Source: Anaerolineae bacterium
GTDB lineage: Bacteria > Chloroflexota > Anaerolineae > B4-G1
Assembly (NCBI GenBank): GCA_034430655.1
Contig: DAOUEC010000120.1
Span: forward strand, 1 to 58,483
Direction: 5' to 3'
DNA: 58,483 nt
The translations under genes and the position numbers were made by a program. Positions 18,141 through 26,913 of the stretch are shown one piece after another. How positions within the stretch are numbered: position 1 is the stretch's first letter; each line of letters begins with the position of its first letter. The notes under the pieces were generated by a model, which was not told the DNA's origin, made no database searches, and saw nothing but the letters and a program-made list of their open reading frames with translations.

Positions 18141-19279
18141 TGGCCCGACGAGTGTACCTGGATTACTGCGCCACCACGCCGGTGAATCCGGCTGTACGCA
18201 CTGCGATGTTGCCCACGCTGGGCGAGGTTTTCGGGAACCCGTCAAGCCTTCACCAGGTGGGCCAGGAGGCTGCGCAACTCGTCGAACAGGCGCGCGCCCA
18301 GGTAGCGGAGGGAATTGGGGCTTGTCCAGAGGAAATCTGCTTTACCAGTGGAGCAACGGAGGCAGACAACCTGGCGTTGATTGGCGTCTTGCGCAATCAT
18401 GATCCCCACCACAGCCACCTCATAACCAGCGCTATCGAGCATCATGCAATCTTACATACGGCCCAGGCGCTCGAAGGCGATGGCTATGCAGTGACCTATT
18501 TACCGGTGGATTCCAGTGGGCTGGTAGACCCTGAGGACGTTCGCCAGGCCATCAGACCCGAAACGGCTCTGATTTCGATTATGATGGTCAACAACGAAGT
18601 CGGGACGATCCAACAGATAGCTGAGATTGGGTGCATCGCCCACCAACACGGCATTCTCATGCACACTGATGCTGTTCAGGGCATGGGCTTGCTCGACGTT
18701 GGTGTGGATGATCTGGCGGTTGATCTGCTATCACTCTCGGCGCACAAGATTTATGGCCCCAAGGGGGTAGGGGCGCTGTACGTCCGTAAAGGCACGCCGT
18801 TGACGCCGATCACTTTTGGCGGCCCACAGGAATCAGCCTTGCGCACCGGGACGGAGAATGTCCCCGGCATTGTTGGTCTGAGCGCGGCTGTGAAACTGAT
18901 CACTGAGCACAAGGCAGAAGAACGTGAGAGGCTAAGTGGGCTTCACCAGCGCCTGATTACGGGCTTGCAAGAGGCCATCCCAACCATGATCGTGAACGGT
19001 TCACCGACACGCTTTGCGCCCCACATCGCGTCTGTGAGTTTCCCAGGAGCGGATGGTGAGATGATGCTCTTCCGGTTGAATATGCAAGGGATTGCTGTCT
19101 CGATGGGGTCTGCTTGTACGGCGGAGGACATTGAGCCATCGCACGTGCTGATGGCTATGGGATTGCCTGTGTCGCAGATTGAGGGAACGCTGCGGTTGTC
19201 TATGGGCTATCCTACAACAAGTCATGACATTGATTATGTTTGTGAGGTTTTGCCCGTAGTGGTTGCACAGTGCCGTTAA
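18140..19279 (+). CDS. Cysteine desulfurase (NifS/IscS family, class V aminotransferase)
   Basis: 379 aa from ATG 18140. Contains YLDYCATTP, SAHKIYGPKGVGALYVR (PLP Lys), RTGTENVPGI and SMGSACTA (catalytic Cys). Confidence 0.85.
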   Translation: MARRVYLDYCATTPVNPAVRTAMLPTLGEVFGNPSSLHQVGQEAAQLVEQARAQVAEGIGACPEEICFTSGATEADNLALIGVLRNHDPHHSHLITSAIEHHAILHTAQALEGDGYAVTYLPVDSSGLVDPEDVRQAIRPETALISIMMVNNEVGTIQQIAEIGCIAHQHGILMHTDAVQGMGLLDVGVDDLAVDLLSLSAHKIYGPKGVGALYVRKGTPLTPITFGGPQESALRTGTENVPGIVGLSAAVKLITEHKAEERERLSGLHQRLITGLQEAIPTMIVNGSPTRFAPHIASVSFPGADGEMMLFRLNMQGIAVSMGSACTAEDIEPSHVLMAMGLPVSQIEGTLRLSMGYPTTSHDIDYVCEVLPVVVAQCR

Positions 19280-19374
19280 TTCGATGCTTTTGCCTTACCA
19301 GGCGTTTGCCCATAGAGGGCGTGAATAATGTCAGGTAGACACCTGAGAATTCTGAAAGCTATTTGGAGGTTCTT

Positions 19375-20013
19375 ATGGACAACAAACTCGAACCAGCTTA
19401 TCAAGCGATCTTGGACGGAGATTTGGAGACCGCCCAAGAGCAAATAAAAATCGCGGTAGATGCAGGAGTAGCCGCTGACAAGATTCTTAAGGAAGGCTTG
19501 ATTCCCGCGATGGGTGAAGTGGGTAGGCTTTTTGAGCAGGGCGAGTACTTTGTACCCGAGATGTTGATCGCGGCTCGGGCAATGAAGGGGGGTTTGGAAA
19601 TTCTGCGCCCTTTGTTGGTTGAAGCTGACGTTCAGCCAGCGGGCAAAATCGTCATCGGAACAGTACAGGGTGATCTGCACGACATTGGGAAGAATCTAGT
19701 GGGGATGATGCTTGAAGGGGCAGGCTTCGAGGTGATAGACCTGGGTACTGATGTGCCACCGGACAGGTTCGTGGAAGCAGCTCGAGAGGGCGCCGACCTG
19801 ATCGGGATGTCGGCCCTGCTGACGACCACCATGACTAACATGCCCAGAGTCCTCGAAGCGCTTACTAAAGCCGGATTGCGCAACAAGACGAAAGTCATCA
19901 TCGGTGGAGCCCCGGTGACGCAGGACTTTGCTGACCAGATAGGCATAGATGGGTATGCCGAGGACGCCAGCCAGGCTGTCAAAGTGGCCAAGGCGCTGTT
20001 GGAGCTGGACTGA
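19375..20013 (+). CDS. Cobalamin-binding corrinoid protein (MtaC/MtbC/MtsB-like; B12-binding plus N-terminal cap domain)
   Basis: The ORF track starts at TTG 19363; ATG 19375 lies 5 nt after GGAGG. Contains the DxHxxG motif VQGDLHDIGKNLV, GFEVIDLGTDVP and MSALLTTTM. Confidence 0.85.
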   Translation: MDNKLEPAYQAILDGDLETAQEQIKIAVDAGVAADKILKEGLIPAMGEVGRLFEQGEYFVPEMLIAARAMKGGLEILRPLLVEADVQPAGKIVIGTVQGDLHDIGKNLVGMMLEGAGFEVIDLGTDVPPDRFVEAAREGADLIGMSALLTTTMTNMPRVLEALTKAGLRNKTKVIIGGAPVTQDFADQIGIDGYAEDASQAVKVAKALLELD

Positions 20014-20066
20014 CTCTGAGGCGACTGACCTTACCATCCTAGACGAGACGAGATAAGGAGAGACGC

Positions 20067-20723
20067 ATGAGTTGCAAGATACAAGTCGCCCTTGATGTGG
20101 TGGACGAGGATCGAGCTTTGGAAATCGCCCGGGCGGTCAGCCCCTGGGTAGACATCCTGGAAGCAGGCACTCCACTAATCAAGGCGGTTGGCCTGGGCGT
20201 CGTGAGTCAACTGCGCCAGGAGCACCCCGACAAGTTGATCCTGGCCGACATGAAGTCGACTGACGTAGGTGGCCTGGAAGCCGATCTGGCCTTCAGAGCC
20301 GGGGCTGACATCACCGTAGCTTTGGGCGTCGCCCCTTTAGCCACCTCCGAAGCGGTACAGCGAGAGGCCGAACGCTGGGGGCGACGCTGTCTGGTCGATC
20401 TCACCGGCGTGGCGGATCCCGTCTCCAGAGCCCAAGAGTTGCAGGAGATCGGGGTGGACCTGGTCCTGTACCATCGCAGCGTAGACGAGGAGACGACCAA
20501 AGGTGCTACCTGGAGCCCCGAGGTCTGTCAGGAGGTGGGCAAGCTCTGTCAGTTAGGTCTCGATGTGGGTATAGCCGGTGGCCTGAGTCTCTCCAATGTA
20601 TCCCTCTTCTGCGACTTCCCTGTGTTTGCCCTGGTCTTCGGCCGGGCCATCACGGGTCAACCCGATCCGGCATCAGCGGCCAGAGAGATTTCCCAGAAGG
20701 TGGCCGAGCTATGGCCGGATTGA
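20067..20723 (+). CDS. 3-hexulose-6-phosphate synthase / 3-keto-L-gulonate-6-phosphate decarboxylase family (OMP-decarboxylase fold)
   Basis: 218 aa. Contains IQVALDV, DILEAGTPLIK, ILADMKSTDVG and FGRAITG. Confidence 0.8.
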   Translation: MSCKIQVALDVVDEDRALEIARAVSPWVDILEAGTPLIKAVGLGVVSQLRQEHPDKLILADMKSTDVGGLEADLAFRAGADITVALGVAPLATSEAVQREAERWGRRCLVDLTGVADPVSRAQELQEIGVDLVLYHRSVDEETTKGATWSPEVCQEVGKLCQLGLDVGIAGGLSLSNVSLFCDFPVFALVFGRAITGQPDPASAAREISQKVAELWPD

Positions 20724-20742
20724 CGAAGCTGATCTGGGTCTA

Positions 20743-21402
20743 GTGGTTACGGTGCGAATAGGTGCTTCCCTCCTGGCTGCGGATTTCGCTCGCTTGGGAC
20801 AGGAGGTTCAGCGGGCCGAACGAGCGGGGGTTGATTCCTTTCACCTGGATATTATGGATGGCCACTACGTACCCAACCTGGCCTTGACCCCTCACCACAT
20901 CGAGGCCCTACGGCCATACACCCACCTGCCGTTCAGCGTCCACTTGGAGGTTGAGGAGCCAGACTGGATCCTGAGGGCTTTCAACCCGCTGGGCGCTGAG
21001 ATGGTCATTGTGCAGGCCGACACGTGCCCGCAACCGCTTAAGACCTTCGCTCTTATCCGCTCTCAAGATGCGAGAGTGGGCTTGGCCCTCAACCTCTCCC
21101 AGCCACTGGGCAGCATCCGAGACCTACTGACCGAGCTGGACCTGCTCCTTATTCTGGGGGTCCAGCCCGGCTTTGGAGGCCAACCGCTCCAGCCGCAGAC
21201 AACGCCCAGAGTCGCCGCGGCCCGAGAACTTGTCGAGAAGGAGGACCTCGACCTGCCTATCGGCGTGGATGGCGGCATCGACCCGGCCAATGCAGGTGAA
21301 CTGATCAAGGCTGGTGCCAGTCTCCTCATCGTCGGCACCGCTCTATTCCAGGCGGACGATATGGCGATGGCAGTGGAGGCCATCAAGGGAGCTGCTGAGT
21401 AG
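20743..21402 (+). CDS. rpe: Ribulose-phosphate 3-epimerase
   Basis: The ORF track runs from 20596 and overlaps the previous gene. I prefer GTG 20743 or 20752. Contains IGASLLAADFARLGQEV, FHLDIMDGHYVPNL, GFGGQ and VDGGI. Confidence 0.85.
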   Translation: MVTVRIGASLLAADFARLGQEVQRAERAGVDSFHLDIMDGHYVPNLALTPHHIEALRPYTHLPFSVHLEVEEPDWILRAFNPLGAEMVIVQADTCPQPLKTFALIRSQDARVGLALNLSQPLGSIRDLLTELDLLLILGVQPGFGGQPLQPQTTPRVAAARELVEKEDLDLPIGVDGGIDPANAGELIKAGASLLIVGTALFQADDMAMAVEAIKGAAE

Positions 21403-21433
21403 AATTATCTGATGTAGGGAGACAACGGAACAG

Positions 21434-22393
21434 ATGACCTTAAGTGCAGCAAGGAAACGGGAGTTGCTCCGCCAGATGTACACCATCCGCGCCTTCGAGG
21501 AGCAGGCAGAGCAACTGTACGCGCTGGGCAAGATCCACGGTACGATGCACCTCTCCATCGGCATGGAGGCTTCATCCGTGGGATCTATGGCAACACTACG
21601 CCCCGATGACCTGGCCCTCCTCCACCATCGTGCCCACGGCCACTGCATTGCCAGGGGAGCTGACTTAAACCGCATGATGGCTGAGTTCATGGGCAAGGAG
21701 ACCGGCTACTGTCGTGGGCGGGGCGGCTCGATGCACATCGCCGACGTCGAGGGGGGCAACCTGGGGGCCAATGGCGTCGTCGGCGGCGGCATCCCCATCG
21801 CGGTGGGCGTGGGGCTCAGCCTCAAGATGCAGAAGCGTGACCAGATCATCCTCTGCTTCTTCGGCGACGGCGCGGCCAACACCGGCCCCTTCCACGAGGC
21901 GCTGAATATGGCCGCCATCTGGACGCTCCCGGTGGTGTTCGTGTGCGAGAACAACCAGTACGCCATGTCCTTCTCGGTGAAGAAGGCCTTCGCCATCGAG
22001 CGCATCTCCGACCGGGCTGCCGCCTACGGCATGCCGGGCGTGACGGTGGATGGCAACGATTTGATGGCGGTGTACGAAGCGGTGAGCCAGGCGGTGAAAC
22101 GGGCGCGGGAAGGAGAGGGGCCGTCGCTGATTGAGAATGTGACCTATCGCTGGCGCGGCCACTCCAAGAGCGACGCCAACCGCTACCGCACCCGCGAGGA
22201 GATCGAGGCCTGGAAGCAGAAATGCCCCATCAAGCGCTTCCGCGCCCATCTGATCGAGGAGGGGGTGCTGACCGAGGAAGAGACCGACCAGATTGAGCAG
22301 GAGGCCTATGCCGCGATTGACGCGGCCGTGGCCTTCGCCGAGGCCAGCCCGGAGCCCGCTCTCGAGACCATCGAGGAAGGGGTGTACGCCTGA
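21434..22393 (+). CDS. 2-oxoacid (pyruvate/acetoin) dehydrogenase E1 component, alpha subunit (TPP-dependent)
   Basis: 319 aa. Contains [26 protein letters not shown] and CENNQYAMS motifs. Confidence 0.85.
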   Translation: MTLSAARKRELLRQMYTIRAFEEQAEQLYALGKIHGTMHLSIGMEASSVGSMATLRPDDLALLHHRAHGHCIARGADLNRMMAEFMGKETGYCRGRGGSMHIADVEGGNLGANGVVGGGIPIAVGVGLSLKMQKRDQIILCFFGDGAANTGPFHEALNMAAIWTLPVVFVCENNQYAMSFSVKKAFAIERISDRAAAYGMPGVTVDGNDLMAVYEAVSQAVKRAREGEGPSLIENVTYRWRGHSKSDANRYRTREEIEAWKQKCPIKRFRAHLIEEGVLTEEETDQIEQEAYAAIDAAVAFAEASPEPALETIEEGVYA

Positions 22394-22475
22394 TGCGGGA
22401 ACTGGGCTGCCTGATTGGTCATTTGTCATTGGTCATTGGTCATTCTCCAGGGATGTACGCCTGATGCGGGAACTG
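22378..22475 (+). repeat. Duplicated E1alpha/E1beta junction (27 nt, twice) bracketing four STRR-like heptamers
   Basis: AGGG(G/A)TGTACGCCTGATGCGGGAACTG occurs at 22378-22404 and 22449-22475. TTGGTCA TTTGTCA TTGGTCA TTGGTCA lies at 22415-22442. This creates a 23-codon ORF at 22393-22464. Confidence 0.8.
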
Positions 22476-23450
22476 AGTTACGCGGAAGCGATTCGGGAGG
22501 CGCTGCGGCAGGAGATGCGGCGCGACGAGCGGGTCTTCATCATCGGCGAGGACGTGGGCGTCTACGGCGGCGCTTTCGGCGTGACGCTGGGGCTGGTCGA
22601 GGAGTTCGGCGAGGAGCGGGTGATTGATACCCCCATCAGTGAACTGGGCATCGCCGGCGCGATCACCGGCGCGGCGCTGACCGGGATGCGGCCCGTCGGC
22701 GAGATCATGTTTATGGACTTCACTACGCTGGCCGCCGAACAACTGGTCAACCAGGCGGCCAAGATCCGCTTCATGTTCGGCGGCAAAGCCAAGGTGCCCT
22801 TCGTGCTGCGCACCCCGGCCGGATCGGGCACCGGTGCAGCGGCTCAGCACTCCCAGAGCCTGGAAAACTGGTTTGTGCACGTCCCCGGCCTGAAGGTGGT
22901 GATGCCCAGCACTCCCTACGACGTCAAGGGACTGCTCCTGGCCTCTATCCGCGACGATAACCCGGTCATCTTCGTCGAGCACAAATTGCTTTACAAGACC
23001 AAAGGACCTGTGCCTGAGGAATCGTACACCATCCCGCTGGGCACCGCCGAGGTGAAACGGGAAGGCCGGGACCTGACCATCGTCGCCACCTCGATTATGG
23101 TCAAGCGCTCGCTGAACGCGGCGGAGCAACTGGCCCAGGAGGGCATTGAGGCGGAGGTGGTGGATCCGCGCACGCTCAAGCCACTGGATGAGGAGACGAT
23201 CATCCGCTCGGTGATGAAGACCAGTCGAGCGCTGATCGTGCACGAAGCGTGCAAGACCGGCGGTTACGGAGGAGAACTGGCGGCCGTCGTCGCCGGTAGC
23301 GAGGCTTTCGACTACCTGGACGCCCCCATCGTCCGGCTGGCAGGGCGGGATATGCCCATCCCCTATAACCGCACGCTGGAGTACCACACCGTGCCGCAGG
23401 TCGAAACAATCGTCGAGGCTGCCCGCCGGTTGGCGCAGGGCCTGTCCTGA
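22464..23450 (+). CDS. 2-oxoacid dehydrogenase E1 component, beta subunit
   Basis: The ORF track starts at 22293. The true start is ATG 22464 ([18 protein letters not shown]), overlapping a TGA by 1 nt. Typical transketolase-like pyrimidine-binding and C-terminal domains. Confidence 0.85.
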   Translation: MRELSYAEAIREALRQEMRRDERVFIIGEDVGVYGGAFGVTLGLVEEFGEERVIDTPISELGIAGAITGAALTGMRPVGEIMFMDFTTLAAEQLVNQAAKIRFMFGGKAKVPFVLRTPAGSGTGAAAQHSQSLENWFVHVPGLKVVMPSTPYDVKGLLLASIRDDNPVIFVEHKLLYKTKGPVPEESYTIPLGTAEVKREGRDLTIVATSIMVKRSLNAAEQLAQEGIEAEVVDPRTLKPLDEETIIRSVMKTSRALIVHEACKTGGYGGELAAVVAGSEAFDYLDAPIVRLAGRDMPIPYNRTLEYHTVPQVETIVEAARRLAQGLS

Positions 23451-23475
23451 GCCAGGTCGAAGGAGAGAATGTAGC

Positions 23476-24855
23476 ATGGCCGTCCCGGTCATTATGCCCA
23501 AACTGGAGATGGCCCAGGAGACGGCGACCGTCGTCGAGTGGCTCAAGCAGGAGGGAGAGCACATCGAGAAGGGCGAGCCGCTGCTGACGGTGGAGACGGA
23601 CAAGGTCACGCTCGAAATCGAGTCCCCCGCCTCAGGCATCCTGGCGGGCGTTCGGGCGGAACCCCAGCAGGTAGTGCCGGTCACAGAGGTCATCGCCTAC
23701 ATTCTCCAACCAGGTGAAGAACTGGACGAATCAGCGAGGCAGCGAGTCAGCGAATCAGTGACTCCTGTTGCGCAACGATTGGCTGCCTCGGTCGGCGTGG
23801 ATTTAAGTACGGTGAAAGGCACCGGGCCGCGTGGAAGGATTACAAAGTCGGACGTGGAGGCTGTCCTGAGCCTGCCCCGAGCCTTCGGGCCGAGGCCCCT
23901 CAGTCCGAGGGCGAAGTCGAGGGGCGAAGCCGAAGAGGCAGCGCTGGCGGCTACTGCCCGCCCCACGGTCGAACCGCTGCCCGGGAAGGTGCGCGCCACG
24001 CCCGCCGCCCGGCGCATCGCCAGAGAGCGCGGGGTGGAACTCGCGGCCGTGAACGGAAGCGGCCCAAAGGGACGTGTCCAGGCCGCCGATGTGCTGGTGT
24101 TGGCCCTCACCCCCGGCCCCTCTCCCGAAATCGGACGAGGGGAGAACGTGATACCGCTGCAAGGGATGCAGCGCACCATCGCCGAGAGGATGACCGCCAG
24201 TTACCAAATGACCCCCCACGTCACCTTCACTGTGCGGGTGGATATGAGCGCTTTCGAGAAAGCACGGGCGCGGCTCAATGCACGAACGGAGGCCACCGGG
24301 CAGTCCCACGTCTCGGCCACGGCGCTTATCGTCAAGGCGGTGGCCTGGGCACTCCAGCACCATCCCTGGCTGAACAGCACCCTTCGACGGCGCTCAGAGC
24401 AAGCCCTGCGCGATGAGGAGATTCACCTCCTGTCCGAAATCAACGTCGGCGTGGCGGTGGCGCTGGAGGAGGGGTTGATCGTGCCGGTGGTGCGCCAGGC
24501 GGACCGCAAGAGCGTGGCGGAGATCGCCGCCGAGGTGAACGACCTGGCAACCCGCGCCCGCGAAGGGCAATTGATGCCGGCCGACGTCGCCGGAGGCACC
24601 TTTACCGTCTCCAACCTGGGGCCGTTCGGCATCGAGCAGTTCACCGCCATCATCAATCCGCCGCAGGCGGCTATTCTGGCGGTGGGAGCCACCCGGCCGG
24701 AACCGGTTGTTGACGAAGCAGGACAGGTCGTCGTGCGCCCGGTGATGCGGATGACCCTATCTGCCGACCACCGCATTGTGGATGGGGCGGCGGCCGCCCG
24801 TTTCTTGACCGATCTACGAGAGGCGCTGGAAGCACCGGCGTTACTCTTGTGGTAG
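23476..24855 (+). CDS. Dihydrolipoamide acyltransferase (E2)
   Basis: 459 aa. Lipoyl domain (VETDKVTLEIESPASG). Two peripheral-subunit-binding-like segments (PVAQRLAASVGVDLSTVKGTGPRGRITKSDV and TPAARRIARERGVELAAVNGSGPKGRVQAADV). Catalytic LSADHRIVDGA. Confidence 0.85.
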   Translation: MAVPVIMPKLEMAQETATVVEWLKQEGEHIEKGEPLLTVETDKVTLEIESPASGILAGVRAEPQQVVPVTEVIAYILQPGEELDESARQRVSESVTPVAQRLAASVGVDLSTVKGTGPRGRITKSDVEAVLSLPRAFGPRPLSPRAKSRGEAEEAALAATARPTVEPLPGKVRATPAARRIARERGVELAAVNGSGPKGRVQAADVLVLALTPGPSPEIGRGENVIPLQGMQRTIAERMTASYQMTPHVTFTVRVDMSAFEKARARLNARTEATGQSHVSATALIVKAVAWALQHHPWLNSTLRRRSEQALRDEEIHLLSEINVGVAVALEEGLIVPVVRQADRKSVAEIAAEVNDLATRAREGQLMPADVAGGTFTVSNLGPFGIEQFTAIINPPQAAILAVGATRPEPVVDEAGQVVVRPVMRMTLSADHRIVDGAAAARFLTDLREALEAPALLLW

Positions 24856-24865
24856 GAGCACACCG

Positions 24866-25135
24866 ATGCCAGAGATAGCACTGACCGTCCGCAACAAAGT
24901 GGGCCTGCACGCCCGGCCCGCCGCGCTGTTCGTTCAGACCGCCAAGCGGTTCAGTTGCGACATCAAGGTCACGCACGATGAGCGAGAAGCGAACGCCAAG
25001 AGCATCCTGAACGTGCTGACGCTGGGAGCCAACCAGGGAGCGGTGCTCACAATCCACGCCGAAGGAGAGGATGCCGGTCAGGCCCTGGCAGCGTTGGAGG
25101 CGCTGGTCGAGGACAACTTCGGGGAGGAGGAATGA
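24866..25135 (+). CDS. ptsH: Phosphocarrier protein HPr
   Basis: 89 aa. GLHARPAA (His15) and NAKSILNV (Ser46 region). Confidence 0.9.
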   Translation: MPEIALTVRNKVGLHARPAALFVQTAKRFSCDIKVTHDEREANAKSILNVLTLGANQGAVLTIHAEGEDAGQALAALEALVEDNFGEEE

Positions 25136-26859
25136 AGACTCTACAGGGCATCGCCGCCTCGCGCGGAATCGCCATTGGGCCGGCCTTTCATTTCCAACGG
25201 GCCGACCTTTCTTTTGAGCGCTGCACGGTGGAGGACCCGGCCGCCGAGTGGGCCCGCTGCCAGGCCGCGCTGGAGACGGCCCGCGAGCAACTGGCCGACG
25301 TGTGCGCCAAAGCGGAGGCCGAGTCCGGGGAAGAGCAGGCCGTCATCTTCCAGGCCCACGCGCTGATGCTCGAGGACCCCGAATTGCTGGAGGCAGTGCA
25401 GACCGCCATCGAGGAACAGTGCACCAACGCTGAATCCGCGCTGAGCGACGCCGCCGAGATGTACGCGCAGATGCTGGAAGCGCTGGATAACGAGTACCTC
25501 AGCGCCCGCGCCGCCGATGTGCGCGACGTCGCGACCCGTGTCCTGCGCATCCTCCTCGGCGTGGCCGAATCCCCCACCGCCGGGCTGGCGATCCCCTCCA
25601 TCGTCCTGGCTCGCGACCTGACCCCCTCCGACACGGTGCTGCTGGATAAGTCGCTGGTGCTGGGCTTTTGCACCGCCGAGGGGGGCGCGACCTCTCACAC
25701 GGCCATCCTGGCCCGTGGGCTGGGGCTGCCCGCCATCGTGGGCACCGGCCCGGACATTCTGGATACGCCTGCTGGCGCGACGCTGGTGCTGGACGGGAGC
25801 GACGGGACGCTATTGGTGGAACCGGACAAGGAGACGGTAGCGAGGTGCCGGGCACGACAGGCGGCTGCTGCCACGGTGCTGACGCAGGCCCGCCAGGTAG
25901 CCCACGAGCCTGCCGTCACCCACGACGGCCACCGCGTCGAGGTCGTCGCCAACGTCGGCAACGTGGAGGGGGCACAGGCGGCGTTGGAGGCTGGCGCAGA
26001 GGGCGTGGGCCTCTTCCGCACCGAGTTCCTCTACCTGGAGCGGTCGTGCCTGCCCGATGAGGAGGAGCAGTACCGCGCCTACCGTGCCGTCGTGGACGTG
26101 TTCGGCGACCAGCTGGTCATCCTGCGCACACTGGACATCGGCGGCGACAAGCACCTGCCCTACCTGGATCTGCCCCGCGAGATGAATCCCTTCCTGGGCC
26201 TGCGGGCCATCCGGCTGTGCCTGGCGCGGCCCGAACTGTTCAGGCCACAACTGCGGGCGGCGCTGCGGGCCGGGGCCGGGCGCCACCTCAAGCTGATGTT
26301 CCCGATGGTGGCGACGGTCGCCGAGGTGCGGGCAGCCCGGGCGGCGCTGGAGGAATGTCGCGCCGAACTGCTGGCCGAGGGGCAACCAGTGGCGGAGGAG
26401 ATGGAGGTCGGCATCATGGTCGAGATCCCCGCCGCCGCGCTGCTGGCAGATCACCTGGCGGCCGAGGTAGACTTCTTCTCCATCGGCACCAACGACCTGA
26501 GCCAGTACACGCTGGCGGCCGACCGCACCAACGCATCCGTTGCCGCGCTGGCCGATGCCTTCCACCCCGCCGTGCTGCGCCTGGTGCGCGACGTCATCGC
26601 CGCCGCCCATGCGCAGGGCAAGTGGGTGGGGCTGTGCGGCGAACTGGCCGGCGAGCCACTGGCGATCCCCATCCTGCTCGGCCTGGGACTCGACGAGTTC
26701 AGCATGACCCCGCCCGCCATCCCCCTGGCCAAACAGGTCATCCGCGCCCTCACGCTGGACGAGGCACGGGAGGTGGCCCAGGCCGTGCTGGAACTGGACA
26801 GCGCCGGCGCGGTACGGGCGTTGGTGCATGAGCGGGTGCCCGCGGCCAACGTGGAGTAG
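25132..26859 (+). CDS. ptsI: Phosphoenolpyruvate-protein phosphotransferase (PTS Enzyme I)
   Basis: 575 aa. GGATSHTAILARGLGLPAIVG (phospho-His), GLFRTEFLY and IGTNDLSQY. ATGA overlap with ptsH. Confidence 0.9.
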   Translation: MKTLQGIAASRGIAIGPAFHFQRADLSFERCTVEDPAAEWARCQAALETAREQLADVCAKAEAESGEEQAVIFQAHALMLEDPELLEAVQTAIEEQCTNAESALSDAAEMYAQMLEALDNEYLSARAADVRDVATRVLRILLGVAESPTAGLAIPSIVLARDLTPSDTVLLDKSLVLGFCTAEGGATSHTAILARGLGLPAIVGTGPDILDTPAGATLVLDGSDGTLLVEPDKETVARCRARQAAAATVLTQARQVAHEPAVTHDGHRVEVVANVGNVEGAQAALEAGAEGVGLFRTEFLYLERSCLPDEEEQYRAYRAVVDVFGDQLVILRTLDIGGDKHLPYLDLPREMNPFLGLRAIRLCLARPELFRPQLRAALRAGAGRHLKLMFPMVATVAEVRAARAALEECRAELLAEGQPVAEEMEVGIMVEIPAAALLADHLAAEVDFFSIGTNDLSQYTLAADRTNASVAALADAFHPAVLRLVRDVIAAAHAQGKWVGLCGELAGEPLAIPILLGLGLDEFSMTPPAIPLAKQVIRALTLDEAREVAQAVLELDSAGAVRALVHERVPAANVE

Positions 26860-26913
26860 TTCCTGGCATGGAGCGATACGCTGGATAGGGCTAACGCCCT
26901 TCCCCAACATCCC

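Noticed and set aside
19276-19680. 134-aa minus-strand ORF
   Set aside because: It is antisense to the start of the corrinoid protein gene and the spacer, with no motif. The plus-strand gene has the DxHxxG B12 signature.
22440-23693. 417-aa minus-strand ORF
   Set aside because: It is antisense to the E1beta and E2 genes, which carry clear family motifs. Its composition is biased (Arg/Gly/His/Asp-rich) and it has no motifs.
25810-26910. 366-aa minus-strand ORF, plus many 60-200-aa ORFs across 25141-26849
   Set aside because: All overlap ptsI, whose EI motifs are unambiguous. These are high-GC artefacts.
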